Shown here one piece after another: positions 16,146-25,225 of a DNA stretch of 25,225 nucleotides; the first letter of the stretch is position 1, and the number at the start of each line of letters is the position of its first letter. Origin of the DNA: Calditrichaceae bacterium (GTDB lineage Bacteria > Calditrichota > Calditrichia > Calditrichales > JBFXGD01); contig JBFXGD010000037.1 in the NCBI GenBank assembly GCA_050178385.1, positions 1 through 25,225 of the forward strand, given 5' to 3'. The translations under genes and the position numbers were made by a program. Under the pieces are notes generated by a model. It was not told the DNA's origin. It worked only from the letters and a program-made list of their open reading frames with translations, and did no database searches.

Positions 16146-17375
16146 ATGCAGTTAAAATATTACGAACGTCTGATTAAAAAATGGTTTCGTCTACCTTTGT
16201 TTCTTGTTTATTTTTTATCTTTCCTTTCCCGGCGGGATAAAAATATCTGGGTTTTCGGAACATATAACAGCGCTTTCAATGATAATACAAAATATATGTA
16301 TTTGTTCCTCGAAAAAAATTTCCCGGCTATCACTCCGGTATGGCTTTCAAAAAGCTCTAAGAGCGCGGAAAAATTCAGAAAATTAGGGGTTACTGCATAT
16401 TACCGGTACAGCCTGAAAGGTATAAAATACCTGTTGACCGGTAAGTTTTATCTCTGCAATACAAATCTTGGAGATCTCAATTTCTGGCTTTCCGGAGGCG
16501 CGGTTTATATAAATTTCTGGCATGGCGTTCCCTTAAAAAAAATTGAATTTGATATCACAAAAGGAAGCCTCACCTGGAAATATCAATCATCCACCAAGTT
16601 AATGAAATGGATAAAAGCTGTCAGTTTTCCGGAACTTTATCGCAAACCGGATCACTTGCTGGTACCATCGACCGAATTGCTGCCGGTATTTAAAAGGGCA
16701 TTCCGTATAAATAATTCAAACGCGATGTACGGACCGTATCCAAGAAATTCGATTTTCAATTATAACAGGATGCAGCTCAGGGAAATTATCAGTAAGTATG
16801 AGGGTAAATCAGCGCTTTCCTTTCTTGATCGTCTTGAGTCATTTGAAAAAGTTGTTTTCTACCTGCCGACATTCAGGGACGGAAACAATGATTTTCTGCA
16901 GGATTCAGGTATCGATATTGAGAAACTGAATGACACGCTTAAAAAACATAATTATTGTCTTATTGTTAAATTTCATAGTAATACGAAGTTGCCGGCGGAT
17001 CTTTTCAGCCGCTTGACGCATATACTTCAACTGAACAATCAGATGGACATTTATCCGCTGTTACCGTTCACCGACGCTCTTTTGACAGACTATTCATCCA
17101 TTTATGTGGATTACCTTCTGCTGGATAAGGAAATCATTTTTTTCCCGTTTGATATAAAAGAATATATGCAGAGAAGCCGCGAATTTTACTATGATTTTGA
17201 TGAAATCACACCGGGAGTTAAATGTTACGATTTCAAATCACTGCTGACACAAATAGAGAATTTGAATGATCTGGATTTCAGGAAGCAAAGGGAAGAAATA
17301 AGAAGCAGGATCTGGAAAACCAACCGGATTGAAGACCTGACAGCTTTGACTGAAGATCTGATTAAAAATCATTAA
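16146..17375 (+). CDS. CDP-glycerol glycerophosphotransferase family protein (TagB/TagF-like)
   Basis: FNDNTKY, WHGVPLKK, YPRN, YLPTFRD, KFH, LLTDYSSIYVDYLLLDK. Confidence 0.88.
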   Translation: MQLKYYERLIKKWFRLPLFLVYFLSFLSRRDKNIWVFGTYNSAFNDNTKYMYLFLEKNFPAITPVWLSKSSKSAEKFRKLGVTAYYRYSLKGIKYLLTGKFYLCNTNLGDLNFWLSGGAVYINFWHGVPLKKIEFDITKGSLTWKYQSSTKLMKWIKAVSFPELYRKPDHLLVPSTELLPVFKRAFRINNSNAMYGPYPRNSIFNYNRMQLREIISKYEGKSALSFLDRLESFEKVVFYLPTFRDGNNDFLQDSGIDIEKLNDTLKKHNYCLIVKFHSNTKLPADLFSRLTHILQLNNQMDIYPLLPFTDALLTDYSSIYVDYLLLDKEIIFFPFDIKEYMQRSREFYYDFDEITPGVKCYDFKSLLTQIENLNDLDFRKQREEIRSRIWKTNRIEDLTALTEDLIKNH

Positions 17376-17420
17376 AATTTTTTGTGGAATTGTACCTGGA
17401 ACAAGGAAAATTATATTTTT

Positions 17421-18290
17421 ATGATAACTAATGATACATCCGGGAAGGTGACGCTGATTATCACGGTTTATAACAGATCCCACTTTCTCCGAAGCGCTCT
17501 GTTGGCTTTACGGAGTCAATCATTTAAAATTGATGAGTTGATCGTATCGGATGACGGTTCAAGTGAAGATATTATTTCGGTGATCAGGGAATCATTGTCC
17601 GGTCTGGATTGCGCTGTAAAGTTTGTGCGTCAGGATGACAATGGATTTCGCCTGGCTAAATGCAGAAATAACGCGATAAGGGAGGCGGAAGGCGATCAGC
17701 TGATTTTTATTGATCAGGATATTGTTTATACCAAAAACTACCTGAAAACGTTTACTGAATATCGGGAAAAGGGCGTTTTTTTAGTCGCGTATCCGGTGCG
17801 CCTCAGGGAAGATCAGACAAACCAGCTTACGGAAGATATGATTGCGACGGCGGATTATTCATCCCTGATCAGTCCTGAGCAAAGAAAAAAGATCCATAAA
17901 CAGTATTATTCGGATTTATTTGAGTATTTTTTGAAAAAAACGCTTAGAACAAAAGGTCATAAACCAAAACTGCGGGGCGGAGTTTTTGCGATCAGAAAAG
18001 AAGATATTTTGAAGGTTGATGGATTTGATGAGAATTATCAGGGGTGGGGTAATGAAGATGACGATCTGGGGAGACGTTTATACAAAGCGGGTATAATTGG
18101 AAAGAATGTCTTCTACGATGAATACCCGATACATCTTTATCATCCGGCGTTTCATGTTAACGGTAAGCGGGTTAATCAGGATTATTACCAGACCCGTATC
18201 AAAGAAATCCGTGACGGGAAATACCGCGCGGTTCACGGAGTTTCCAATCCGCTGGGGGATGATAAAATTGAAGTAATACGACTAAGATAG
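17421..18290 (+). CDS. Glycosyltransferase family 2 with galactosyltransferase-like C-terminus
   Basis: IITVYNR, SDDGS, GFRLAKCRN, FIDQD, GFDENYQGWGNEDDDLGRRL, HLYH. ATG at 17421 (AAGGA upstream) preferred over the TTG at 17382. Confidence 0.9.
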   Translation: MITNDTSGKVTLIITVYNRSHFLRSALLALRSQSFKIDELIVSDDGSSEDIISVIRESLSGLDCAVKFVRQDDNGFRLAKCRNNAIREAEGDQLIFIDQDIVYTKNYLKTFTEYREKGVFLVAYPVRLREDQTNQLTEDMIATADYSSLISPEQRKKIHKQYYSDLFEYFLKKTLRTKGHKPKLRGGVFAIRKEDILKVDGFDENYQGWGNEDDDLGRRLYKAGIIGKNVFYDEYPIHLYHPAFHVNGKRVNQDYYQTRIKEIRDGKYRAVHGVSNPLGDDKIEVIRLR

Positions 18291-18294
18291 GCAA

Positions 18295-19038
18295 ATGGAA
18301 AAACTCTCAATTGTTATAATTACAAAAAATGAAGAATCGAATATTGGCCGCTGTCTTAAATCTGTCCGATGGGCAGATGAAATAGTGGTCATCGACTCTG
18401 GATCCACCGACAGGACACTGGAAATTTGCCGTGACTATTCCTGTGTGATCACTTCTTCCGAATGGCTTGGATTCGGCCGGACAAAACAACTCGCTGCGGC
18501 AACGGCCTCCAACCACTGGCTGTTTTCAATCGACGCCGATGAGGAAATGACGACGGAGCTTGCCAATAAAATCCGTGAGATACTATCAGGCAATGTTCAG
18601 AAGAATGGATACAGAATCAGAAGGATGTCATTTTATCTTGGAAAACTTATCAGGCATTCGGGATGGAATCGTGATTATCCCTTGCGTCTTTTTAACAGAA
18701 AACACGGCACTTTTAATGAAAAAGATGTTCATGAGTCAGTGGAAATTGATGGAGATATCGGAAATTTGAATGAACCATTGCTTCATTATACTTATCCGAC
18801 CATTTCATCACATCTGATCAAAATGGATCGGTATACTTCTATTGGGGCGGATGTGTTGTATCAAAAAGGCAAAAAAGTAACGATTGCAGGGGCGATAATC
18901 AGAGGAATTGTAAAATTTATAAAAATGTATATCATTCAGGGTGGTATCATGGATGGTCGGGAAGGATTTGTTCTTGCGCTTAACTCGGCTTATGGCGTTT
19001 ATCTGAAATATCTCAAATTATGGAAGCTAAATCACTGA
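18295..19038 (+). CDS. Glycosyltransferase family 2, LPS core beta-1,4-glucosyltransferase-like (WaaE/KdtX/LgtF type)
   Basis: IITKNEE, IDSGSTDRT, WLGFG, SIDADE, VHESV, LLHYTY, DGREG. Confidence 0.9.
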   Translation: MEKLSIVIITKNEESNIGRCLKSVRWADEIVVIDSGSTDRTLEICRDYSCVITSSEWLGFGRTKQLAAATASNHWLFSIDADEEMTTELANKIREILSGNVQKNGYRIRRMSFYLGKLIRHSGWNRDYPLRLFNRKHGTFNEKDVHESVEIDGDIGNLNEPLLHYTYPTISSHLIKMDRYTSIGADVLYQKGKKVTIAGAIIRGIVKFIKMYIIQGGIMDGREGFVLALNSAYGVYLKYLKLWKLNH

Positions 19039-20138
19039 AAATATTACATATTGATACGGAAAAAGAGTGGCGCGGAGGGCAGCAGCAGGCTGTTTATCTG
19101 CACCGGTCGCTTATTGAACAAGGGTATTCATCGGATCTTGCATGTCAGCCCGGTTCACGCTACGAATCGTATTGTATCGAAAATCAATTGCCCTGTTTAG
19201 CCGTCAATATGCGCGGTGAATATGACTTTATCGCGGGATGGAAGATTGCAGGATATTGTCGAAAAAATCGCGTTCATATCATTCACGCGCATTCGGCGCA
19301 CGCGCTGGCAATCGGTTTGTGGGCAAAAATGTTTTATTCGGATATAAAACTGATCGCTGCGAGAAGAGTGGATTTCAGTATCCGGAAGAATATGTTCAGT
19401 GTCCTGAAATATAAAAACAGTTTTCTGGATAAAATAGTATGCGTTTCCGATAATATAAAATCGGTTCTTGTTGCTGATGGATTGCCGGAGCATAAAATTA
19501 CTACTGTTCATAGCGGGATTGACCTGAATAAATTTGACAGTGTTCAGGTTCCGGACGGATTTCTTCAGGATTGGAAAATTCCGAAGGGGAATGTAATCAT
19601 CGGAACAGTCGCTGCCATTGTGGGGCATAAGGACTATCCCACATTATTAAAAGCGGCGCGTATCGTTACGAATGAGCATCCAAAAGCGACATTTATCGCG
19701 CTTGGAGGCGGAACTGATGAAGAAAAGGTTAAAGCGCAGGCAGATGAACTGGGACTTGGCGGGAAATTTATATTCGCGGGATTTCAAAAAGATGTGGGAC
19801 TCTTCCTTAAAAGTTTTGATATATTCGTTTTAGCGTCAAAACTGGAAGGGCTGGGAACATCTATTCTTGACGCGCAATCAGTTGGATTGCCGGTCATTGC
19901 CACAAAAACAGGAGGTATTCCCGAGGCGGTGCAGGACGGAGTAAACGGAATGCTTGTTCCTCCGCAAAATCCTGTTAAACTCGCGGAAGCCATTTTAAAT
20001 TTAATTAACGATGATGAAAAACGGATGGCTTTAGGGCGCCGAGCGCTAGCCACCGTCGAAAATTTTGATATCAGAAAAACGGTTGAAAAAACAATCAGGG
20101 TTTACGAGAGCCTTTTTGAAAAACAACCGGTAAGCTGA
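19020..20138 (+). CDS. Glycosyltransferase family 4
   Basis: HIDTEKEWRGGQQQ, HAHSAHA, HKDY, SKLEGLGTSILDA..GLPVIATKTGGIPE. Overlaps the upstream GT2 by 19 nt. Confidence 0.92.
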   Translation: MEAKSLKILHIDTEKEWRGGQQQAVYLHRSLIEQGYSSDLACQPGSRYESYCIENQLPCLAVNMRGEYDFIAGWKIAGYCRKNRVHIIHAHSAHALAIGLWAKMFYSDIKLIAARRVDFSIRKNMFSVLKYKNSFLDKIVCVSDNIKSVLVADGLPEHKITTVHSGIDLNKFDSVQVPDGFLQDWKIPKGNVIIGTVAAIVGHKDYPTLLKAARIVTNEHPKATFIALGGGTDEEKVKAQADELGLGGKFIFAGFQKDVGLFLKSFDIFVLASKLEGLGTSILDAQSVGLPVIATKTGGIPEAVQDGVNGMLVPPQNPVKLAEAILNLINDDEKRMALGRRALATVENFDIRKTVEKTIRVYESLFEKQPVS

Positions 20139-20164
20139 TTTTATGATGAGAGTATTACAAAACG

Positions 20165-21184
20165 ATGAAACCAAATAAAATTTTAATTATACAAACAGCA
20201 TACCTTGGCGATGTTATTCTGATTACACCTTTAATCAGGGCGGTAAAGGAACTTTTTCCCGAAGCCGTGATCGACGCGATGGTTATTCCGCAGACAAAAG
20301 GTGTACTTGATAATAATCCCTATCTCAGAAATGTTATCACATTTGATAAACGGAACAATAAATTGACCGCCTTCTGGCGTACCGTCAAGCATATACGGAA
20401 GAATGAGTACGATCTGGCCATATCGCCTCACAGCTCCATAACTACCGCTTATCTCATGAAATTGGGCGGTATAGAAGATCGGTTGGGATTTGACCGCTGG
20501 CAGGCGGCAAAACATCTGACAAAGAAAGTGCCTCATCTTAATAATATTCACAAGATCAAAAGAATATTGCACTTGTTGACGGTTTTTACGGATCGTGAAT
20601 TTGATATGCAGAGCGAATTGTTTCCGGATGAAGCGATGAAGAAGGCGGCCGGAAAAATATTTTCCGATTTACCCTTTCCCGGCCGGCCGGTTATTGCAAT
20701 CGCTCCCGGATCGGTTTGGTTTACAAAAAGATGGCCGGAAGAATATTACAGCCGTTTGGCGGGAATGCTGCATAATGAAAAATTCAATCTGATTTTCATC
20801 GGCGCGGGAAATGAATATGAACTAAACGAAAAAATCATCAAGGATTCAAAATCTGCCGCAGTTAATCTAACCGGGAAAACTAATATACTGGAATCCGCGG
20901 CTATAATAGAGAGCTGTGATCTGATGATTTGCAATGACAGCGGGCCTCTTCATATTGCCAACGCGATGCAGACAGATGTCTTCGCGTTTTTTGGCCCCAC
21001 GGTTCGTTCAATAGGATATTTTCCATTCAGGGAAAATGATATTGTCTTTGAAATTGATCTCGATTGCCGGCCATGCAGCAGTCACGGCGGAAGCGCGTGC
21101 CCGCTAAAACATCACAATTGTATGAAACAGATCACGCCGGAACTGGTATTGTCACGAGTCAGGCAAAAATTCGGGGATGTTTAA
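20165..21184 (+). CDS. waaF: Glycosyltransferase family 9, LPS heptosyltransferase (WaaF-like)
   Basis: QTAYLGDVIL, APGSVWFTKRWP, NDSGPLHIA, FGPT and the C-terminal Cys cluster CRPCSSHGGSACPLKHHNCM. Exact heptose position is inferred. Confidence 0.82.
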   Translation: MKPNKILIIQTAYLGDVILITPLIRAVKELFPEAVIDAMVIPQTKGVLDNNPYLRNVITFDKRNNKLTAFWRTVKHIRKNEYDLAISPHSSITTAYLMKLGGIEDRLGFDRWQAAKHLTKKVPHLNNIHKIKRILHLLTVFTDREFDMQSELFPDEAMKKAAGKIFSDLPFPGRPVIAIAPGSVWFTKRWPEEYYSRLAGMLHNEKFNLIFIGAGNEYELNEKIIKDSKSAAVNLTGKTNILESAAIIESCDLMICNDSGPLHIANAMQTDVFAFFGPTVRSIGYFPFRENDIVFEIDLDCRPCSSHGGSACPLKHHNCMKQITPELVLSRVRQKFGDV

Positions 21185-22233
21185 TGGTTGTCCCCTATTA
21201 CATCTATAAATACCCGTATAAATTTGCCTGGTATCTCTTGAGATTATTGGGGGTCAATCGCCCGGCGGTCGTGTGTTATATCGCCGAACCATTAGACTAT
21301 ATTCTGTTCGAAACTGTCCAAAAATATCTTCCTCCTGTTCAACTGGCTGCTGCAAAGCAAGCCCGGCCGTATTTAAAAACAAGGGGGATCAATCCGGGGA
21401 GAATCCCTTCATTTCCCGATGCGGTTATAATGTTCCGGCACGCCGCGCATAAATTTCCTGTAAAAAAAATTGTAAAAATCGGCTTACGGCATGGTCCTTA
21501 CCATTTTAAGAAATTTACACGGGCAGCTAATTACAATGCGTTTGATGTATTTATGATGACAAGTGAAAGGGAAGTGGAATTAGGCCGGAGAATTGGAATT
21601 AAATCTGCCGTCTCCGTCGGATTTCCAAAATTGGATCCGCTGTTCAATGGCGTTTACGATGAGATATATTTAGAACCGGTCAGGCTGAAAGCAGGTATCG
21701 ATCACAAAAAAAAGACTGTTATTTTTACCGCCACCTATGACGCATCGGGTATGTCTGCTATTGAAAAGTGGATTAATGAACTGGATGGAATTTCAAAAGT
21801 ATATAATGTTCTTGTTACAGTACACGCCTGGACATCAAAAAAATATGTGAATCGACTAAAGTCGTTAAAAAATATCTATTTTATAGAAGATGTGAATATT
21901 TTGCCGTATCTTGCGATCTCAGATTTATTAGTTGGAGACGTAAGTTCAATAATCGCTGAATTTTGCGCGCTTGATCGCCCTATAGTCACATTTAGCGTCA
22001 ATAAGGCAAAAAGAAGCGTGCCTGAAATATTTGACATCCTTGAGAATATAAGTATAAAGATTGATAATGGCGCGCAGTTGAAAGGCGCTATTGAAGAAGG
22101 GTTATCAGCTCCCGGGGACAAAAGTGAACAACGCCGGAAAGCCAATGACATTATTTATGACAAGCTTGACGGTCAAGCGGGAAAAAGAGCGGCTGACATT
22201 ATAAAAAAATGGATTCCCGTATTAGCTGAATAA
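21184..22233 (+). CDS. Second, divergent CDP-glycerol glycerophosphotransferase family protein
   Basis: LRHG, VGFPKLDPLF, IFTATY, SDLLVGDVSSIIAEFCALDRPIV. ATG at 21184 overlaps the upstream TAA (TAATG) and is preferred over 21064. Confidence 0.75.
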   Translation: MVVPYYIYKYPYKFAWYLLRLLGVNRPAVVCYIAEPLDYILFETVQKYLPPVQLAAAKQARPYLKTRGINPGRIPSFPDAVIMFRHAAHKFPVKKIVKIGLRHGPYHFKKFTRAANYNAFDVFMMTSEREVELGRRIGIKSAVSVGFPKLDPLFNGVYDEIYLEPVRLKAGIDHKKKTVIFTATYDASGMSAIEKWINELDGISKVYNVLVTVHAWTSKKYVNRLKSLKNIYFIEDVNILPYLAISDLLVGDVSSIIAEFCALDRPIVTFSVNKAKRSVPEIFDILENISIKIDNGAQLKGAIEEGLSAPGDKSEQRRKANDIIYDKLDGQAGKRAADIIKKWIPVLAE

Positions 22234-22278
22234 CAATGCTTAATTTTTTTATACAAAAATGAATATTAAAGAGCAGAG

Positions 22279-24213
22279 ATGAAATTATATTTTAAAATAT
22301 TAGCATTCATGAAACCATACTGGAAGCACATCATCTTAGCTGTCTTCCTGACCTTGCTTTATGTGGGCTTTAACAATCTTTCATTGTGGATTTCAGTGGA
22401 TTTTATGCGAGAGTTGTTTGCTCCGGATAAGGTGGAATCAGTTGAAAACACTCAGTCCGGAAATGTGGATACATCCATAATTCCATCCGAACAAAAGCAG
22501 GATAAAATCAAGAATATGCTTGGATTAAGAGCCAATCTGAGTATCTATGATAAGATGAATCTGTATATTAAAAGCGTACTTATCCAGGATGATCGCGCCG
22601 ACACGCTTATTGCGGTATGTTTTGTCATTTTTCTCTCATTCCTTTTGAAAAATATTACACAGTACGGCCGCAGGGTATTATTGAGTTTTATTGAAATAAA
22701 TATTGTAGTGAATATCAGAAATAAATTGCATAAAACCTTGCTTCGGCTTCCATTATCATATTTTGAAAAAAGACACAGCGGTGATCTGACATCGGTTGTT
22801 TTTAACGATGTCAACGCGGTTAATTCGGTTTTGGATAAAAGCTTCAGTAATATGATTCTTTTTCCCATACAGATCATCAGCAATATTGTCATTTTATTCT
22901 TAATCAGCTGGAAGCTGTCATTGATCACACTTACAATTATCCCGATCAGCGCGTACGTGATTGTAAAAATCGGTCAGAGTATGCGCCGCAAGAGCAGGCG
23001 TGTTTTTAAACAGATCGGCAATGTGGTGTCAACTTTTCAGGAAGCCGTTTCAGCAATTCGTATAGTAAAGGCATTTACGAATGAGCCACGAGAAGAAAAA
23101 AATTTTGAAAATGCCAACAGAGAATATTTCCTGAAGTATTTTCGCGCGCAGAAAATGAATTATGCGACTTCGCCGGTAAATGAAACGCTTCAGGTATCTA
23201 TTCTTGTCTTTCTGCTATGGTACGGCGGTAATCTTGTTTACTCGAGTCAGGGACTTTCCGCGGAGGATTTTATTCGTTTTCTCGTTTTTCTGTTTACGAT
23301 GTTCCAGCCGCTGAAAGAACTTTCAGGAATTAATAACACGATCCAGACTGGACTTGCCGCGGCCGAACGAATCTTCGCGGTCATTGATTCGGAGCCTGAA
23401 GTTTATGAAAAACCGAACGCAATTCAGTATGAAGAGTTCAAGAATAATATTAAACTCGAGAATGTCTCATTCAGATATAATGAATCCGGAGACAATGTTT
23501 TAAAAAATATTAATCTGACGATCCAAAAAGGCGAAATGGTCGCTTTTGTCGGTCACAGCGGATCGGGTAAAACGACGCTGGTGAATCTGTTACCCCGTTT
23601 TTATCAATATACTGAGGGTAAAATTACTCTGGATGGAATCGATATTCGGAACATGACGCTGCATTCATTACGGAAAAAAATGGGAATAGTGACTCAGGAA
23701 ACCATATTATTTAATGAAACGGTCAGGTATAATATCGCCTATGGATTGGAAAATATCGGAGAAGACGATATTGTGGAAGCCGCAAAAGCCGCAAATGCCT
23801 GGGAGTTTATCGTAAATCTGGAGAACGGACTCGATTCGAATATAGGTGAGAAGGGCACACGGTTGTCAGGTGGCCAAAAACAAAGACTCTCTATCGCCCG
23901 GGCGTTGCTAAAAAATCCGCCGATTTTAATTCTTGATGAAGCTACATCAGCGCTGGATACGGAATCGGAACGGCTGGTGCAGGAAGCGATCGACAGATTA
24001 CTGGAAAGCCGAACAGTACTCGTTATCGCGCACAGGCTCTCCACCATTACAAACGCGAATAAAATAGTGGTTTTAAACAAAGGTGTGATTGAAGGAATCG
24101 GCACGCATACTGAGCTTCTGCAAACAAGTGAGATTTACCGGACTCTGAGTAAAAATCAGTTTCTAACAAAAACAACAGAGGGAAAAACAGAAGATCTTTC
24201 AGAACTGTCCTGA
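22279..24213 (+). CDS. msbA: Lipid A-core flippase-like ABC exporter (fused TMD-NBD)
   Basis: Six-TM membrane domain, Walker A GHSGSGKTT, LSGGQKQR signature, Walker B ILILDEATSALD, IAHRLST. Last gene of an lpxL/waa locus. Confidence 0.85.
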   Translation: MKLYFKILAFMKPYWKHIILAVFLTLLYVGFNNLSLWISVDFMRELFAPDKVESVENTQSGNVDTSIIPSEQKQDKIKNMLGLRANLSIYDKMNLYIKSVLIQDDRADTLIAVCFVIFLSFLLKNITQYGRRVLLSFIEINIVVNIRNKLHKTLLRLPLSYFEKRHSGDLTSVVFNDVNAVNSVLDKSFSNMILFPIQIISNIVILFLISWKLSLITLTIIPISAYVIVKIGQSMRRKSRRVFKQIGNVVSTFQEAVSAIRIVKAFTNEPREEKNFENANREYFLKYFRAQKMNYATSPVNETLQVSILVFLLWYGGNLVYSSQGLSAEDFIRFLVFLFTMFQPLKELSGINNTIQTGLAAAERIFAVIDSEPEVYEKPNAIQYEEFKNNIKLENVSFRYNESGDNVLKNINLTIQKGEMVAFVGHSGSGKTTLVNLLPRFYQYTEGKITLDGIDIRNMTLHSLRKKMGIVTQETILFNETVRYNIAYGLENIGEDDIVEAAKAANAWEFIVNLENGLDSNIGEKGTRLSGGQKQRLSIARALLKNPPILILDEATSALDTESERLVQEAIDRLLESRTVLVIAHRLSTITNANKIVVLNKGVIEGIGTHTELLQTSEIYRTLSKNQFLTKTTEGKTEDLSELS

Positions 24214-24234
24214 TGATAATATCTTTATCGATCT

Positions 24235-25188
24235 CTATTTTTTGTTCTGGCTGAAATACCATTCTGTAAATCCGGATATCCCTTTTTTGATGCTGGTCGA
24301 AGGTTTATAGCCAAGAAGATTTTTTGCCTTTGTGACATCCGCGAATGTTTCGATCACATCGCCGGGCTGCATCGGTAAAATCTCCCTTTTTGCTTTCTTG
24401 CCGACAGCATTTTCAATTTCGGTGATTAAATCGCTTACGCTGATGGTTTGTGATTCTCCAAGATTAATAATTTCATATCCGTTCACATTCAGTATGGCCT
24501 TTTTGATACCTTCAATGATATCCGTGATATAAGTAAAGTCTCTCCTCGGCATGCCTTCTCCATAAACAGGCACAGGTTTTTCTTCATCAATCAACCGTGT
24601 AAATTTGTGAATTGCCATTTCAGGGCGCTGTCTTGGACCATAAACCGTAAAGAAACGCAGCGCAAAAATATTCATATTATAAAGATGATGATAATTATAA
24701 CAAATGAGTTCACCGGCCTTCTTTGAAGCCGCATATGGGGATATGGGGAAATCCACAGGATCTTTTTCTGAAAACGGCACTTTTTTATTGTTACCATAAA
24801 CCGATGAAGAAGACGCGAAGATAAACTTCCCGATCTTATGAATTTTTGACAATTCGAGTAAATTGGTTGTTCCCTCGATGTTTGTCTGCATATATCCTAC
24901 CGGATCATCAATTGACGGTCTCACCCCTGCTTTCGCCGCCAGATGCACTATCGTTTCAGGATTATGTTTTCTGAATATGTTTTCCAGCGATTCACGATCG
25001 AGTATGTCTGTCCGGTAAAGATGGAAATTCTGATAATCCATCGCCTGTTTAATATTCCGCTCTTTTATGTTTTTATCATAAAAAGCATCGAAATTGTCAA
25101 CGGCAACAATTTCCATATTCTGACCGAGCAACGTGTCGATCAGATTCGATCCTATAAATCCGGCGCCACCGGTAACCAGTATTTTCAA
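24235..25188 (-). CDS. NAD-dependent nucleotide-sugar epimerase (UDP-glucuronate 4-epimerase-like)
   Basis: TGGAGFIG, HLAAKAGVRPS, ASSSSVYG, YAASK, RFFTVYGPRQRPEMA, QPGDV. TTG start preceded by GGAG. Confidence 0.92.
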   Translation of the reverse strand: MKILVTGGAGFIGSNLIDTLLGQNMEIVAVDNFDAFYDKNIKERNIKQAMDYQNFHLYRTDILDRESLENIFRKHNPETIVHLAAKAGVRPSIDDPVGYMQTNIEGTTNLLELSKIHKIGKFIFASSSSVYGNNKKVPFSEKDPVDFPISPYAASKKAGELICYNYHHLYNMNIFALRFFTVYGPRQRPEMAIHKFTRLIDEEKPVPVYGEGMPRRDFTYITDIIEGIKKAILNVNGYEIINLGESQTISVSDLITEIENAVGKKAKREILPMQPGDVIETFADVTKAKNLLGYKPSTSIKKGISGFTEWYFSQNKK

Positions 25189-25225
25189 TTGGTAATCTCC
25201 ATGATAAAATTGAAATAATAAAATG

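Noticed and set aside
21064..21183. 40-aa N-terminal extension of the second TagF-like ORF
   Set aside because: Lies inside the heptosyltransferase gene; the ATG at 21184 coupled to its stop (TAATG) is more plausible.

Overview
Chromosomal, gene-dense window from a diderm bacterium. The protein styles suggest the FCB group (Calditrichota/Ignavibacteria-like); this lineage is an inference, not a database result. Left half: 5'-truncated sucA and sucB (2-oxoglutarate dehydrogenase E1/E2), then a Nudix hydrolase, an ADP-ribosylglycohydrolase, a Gfo/Idh/MocA oxidoreductase, a ROK glucokinase and a prephenate dehydratase. These converge at a hairpin terminator on a PpiD/SurA-type parvulin. Right half: a ~13.6 kb co-oriented lipid A/LPS-core locus containing an LpxL-like acyltransferase, a TsaC/LMW-phosphatase fusion, GT4, an ATP-grasp ligase, three GT2s, two TagF-family proteins, a second GT4, a GT9 heptosyltransferase and MsbA. 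It converges on an NAD-dependent epimerase. The most notable structure is not in the ORF track: the GT4 + ATP-grasp pair (~12840-14915) lies between two degenerate ~291-bp direct repeats (12549-12839 and 14916-15206). The left copy holds the intact 3' end of the TsaC-phosphatase gene plus a dead copy of the GT2 start. The right copy holds a dead copy of the phosphatase 3' end plus the intact GT2 start. This is the footprint of an additive insertion of an LPS-modification cassette, with no integrase in the window. No rRNA, tRNA, CRISPR array or transposase was recognised.
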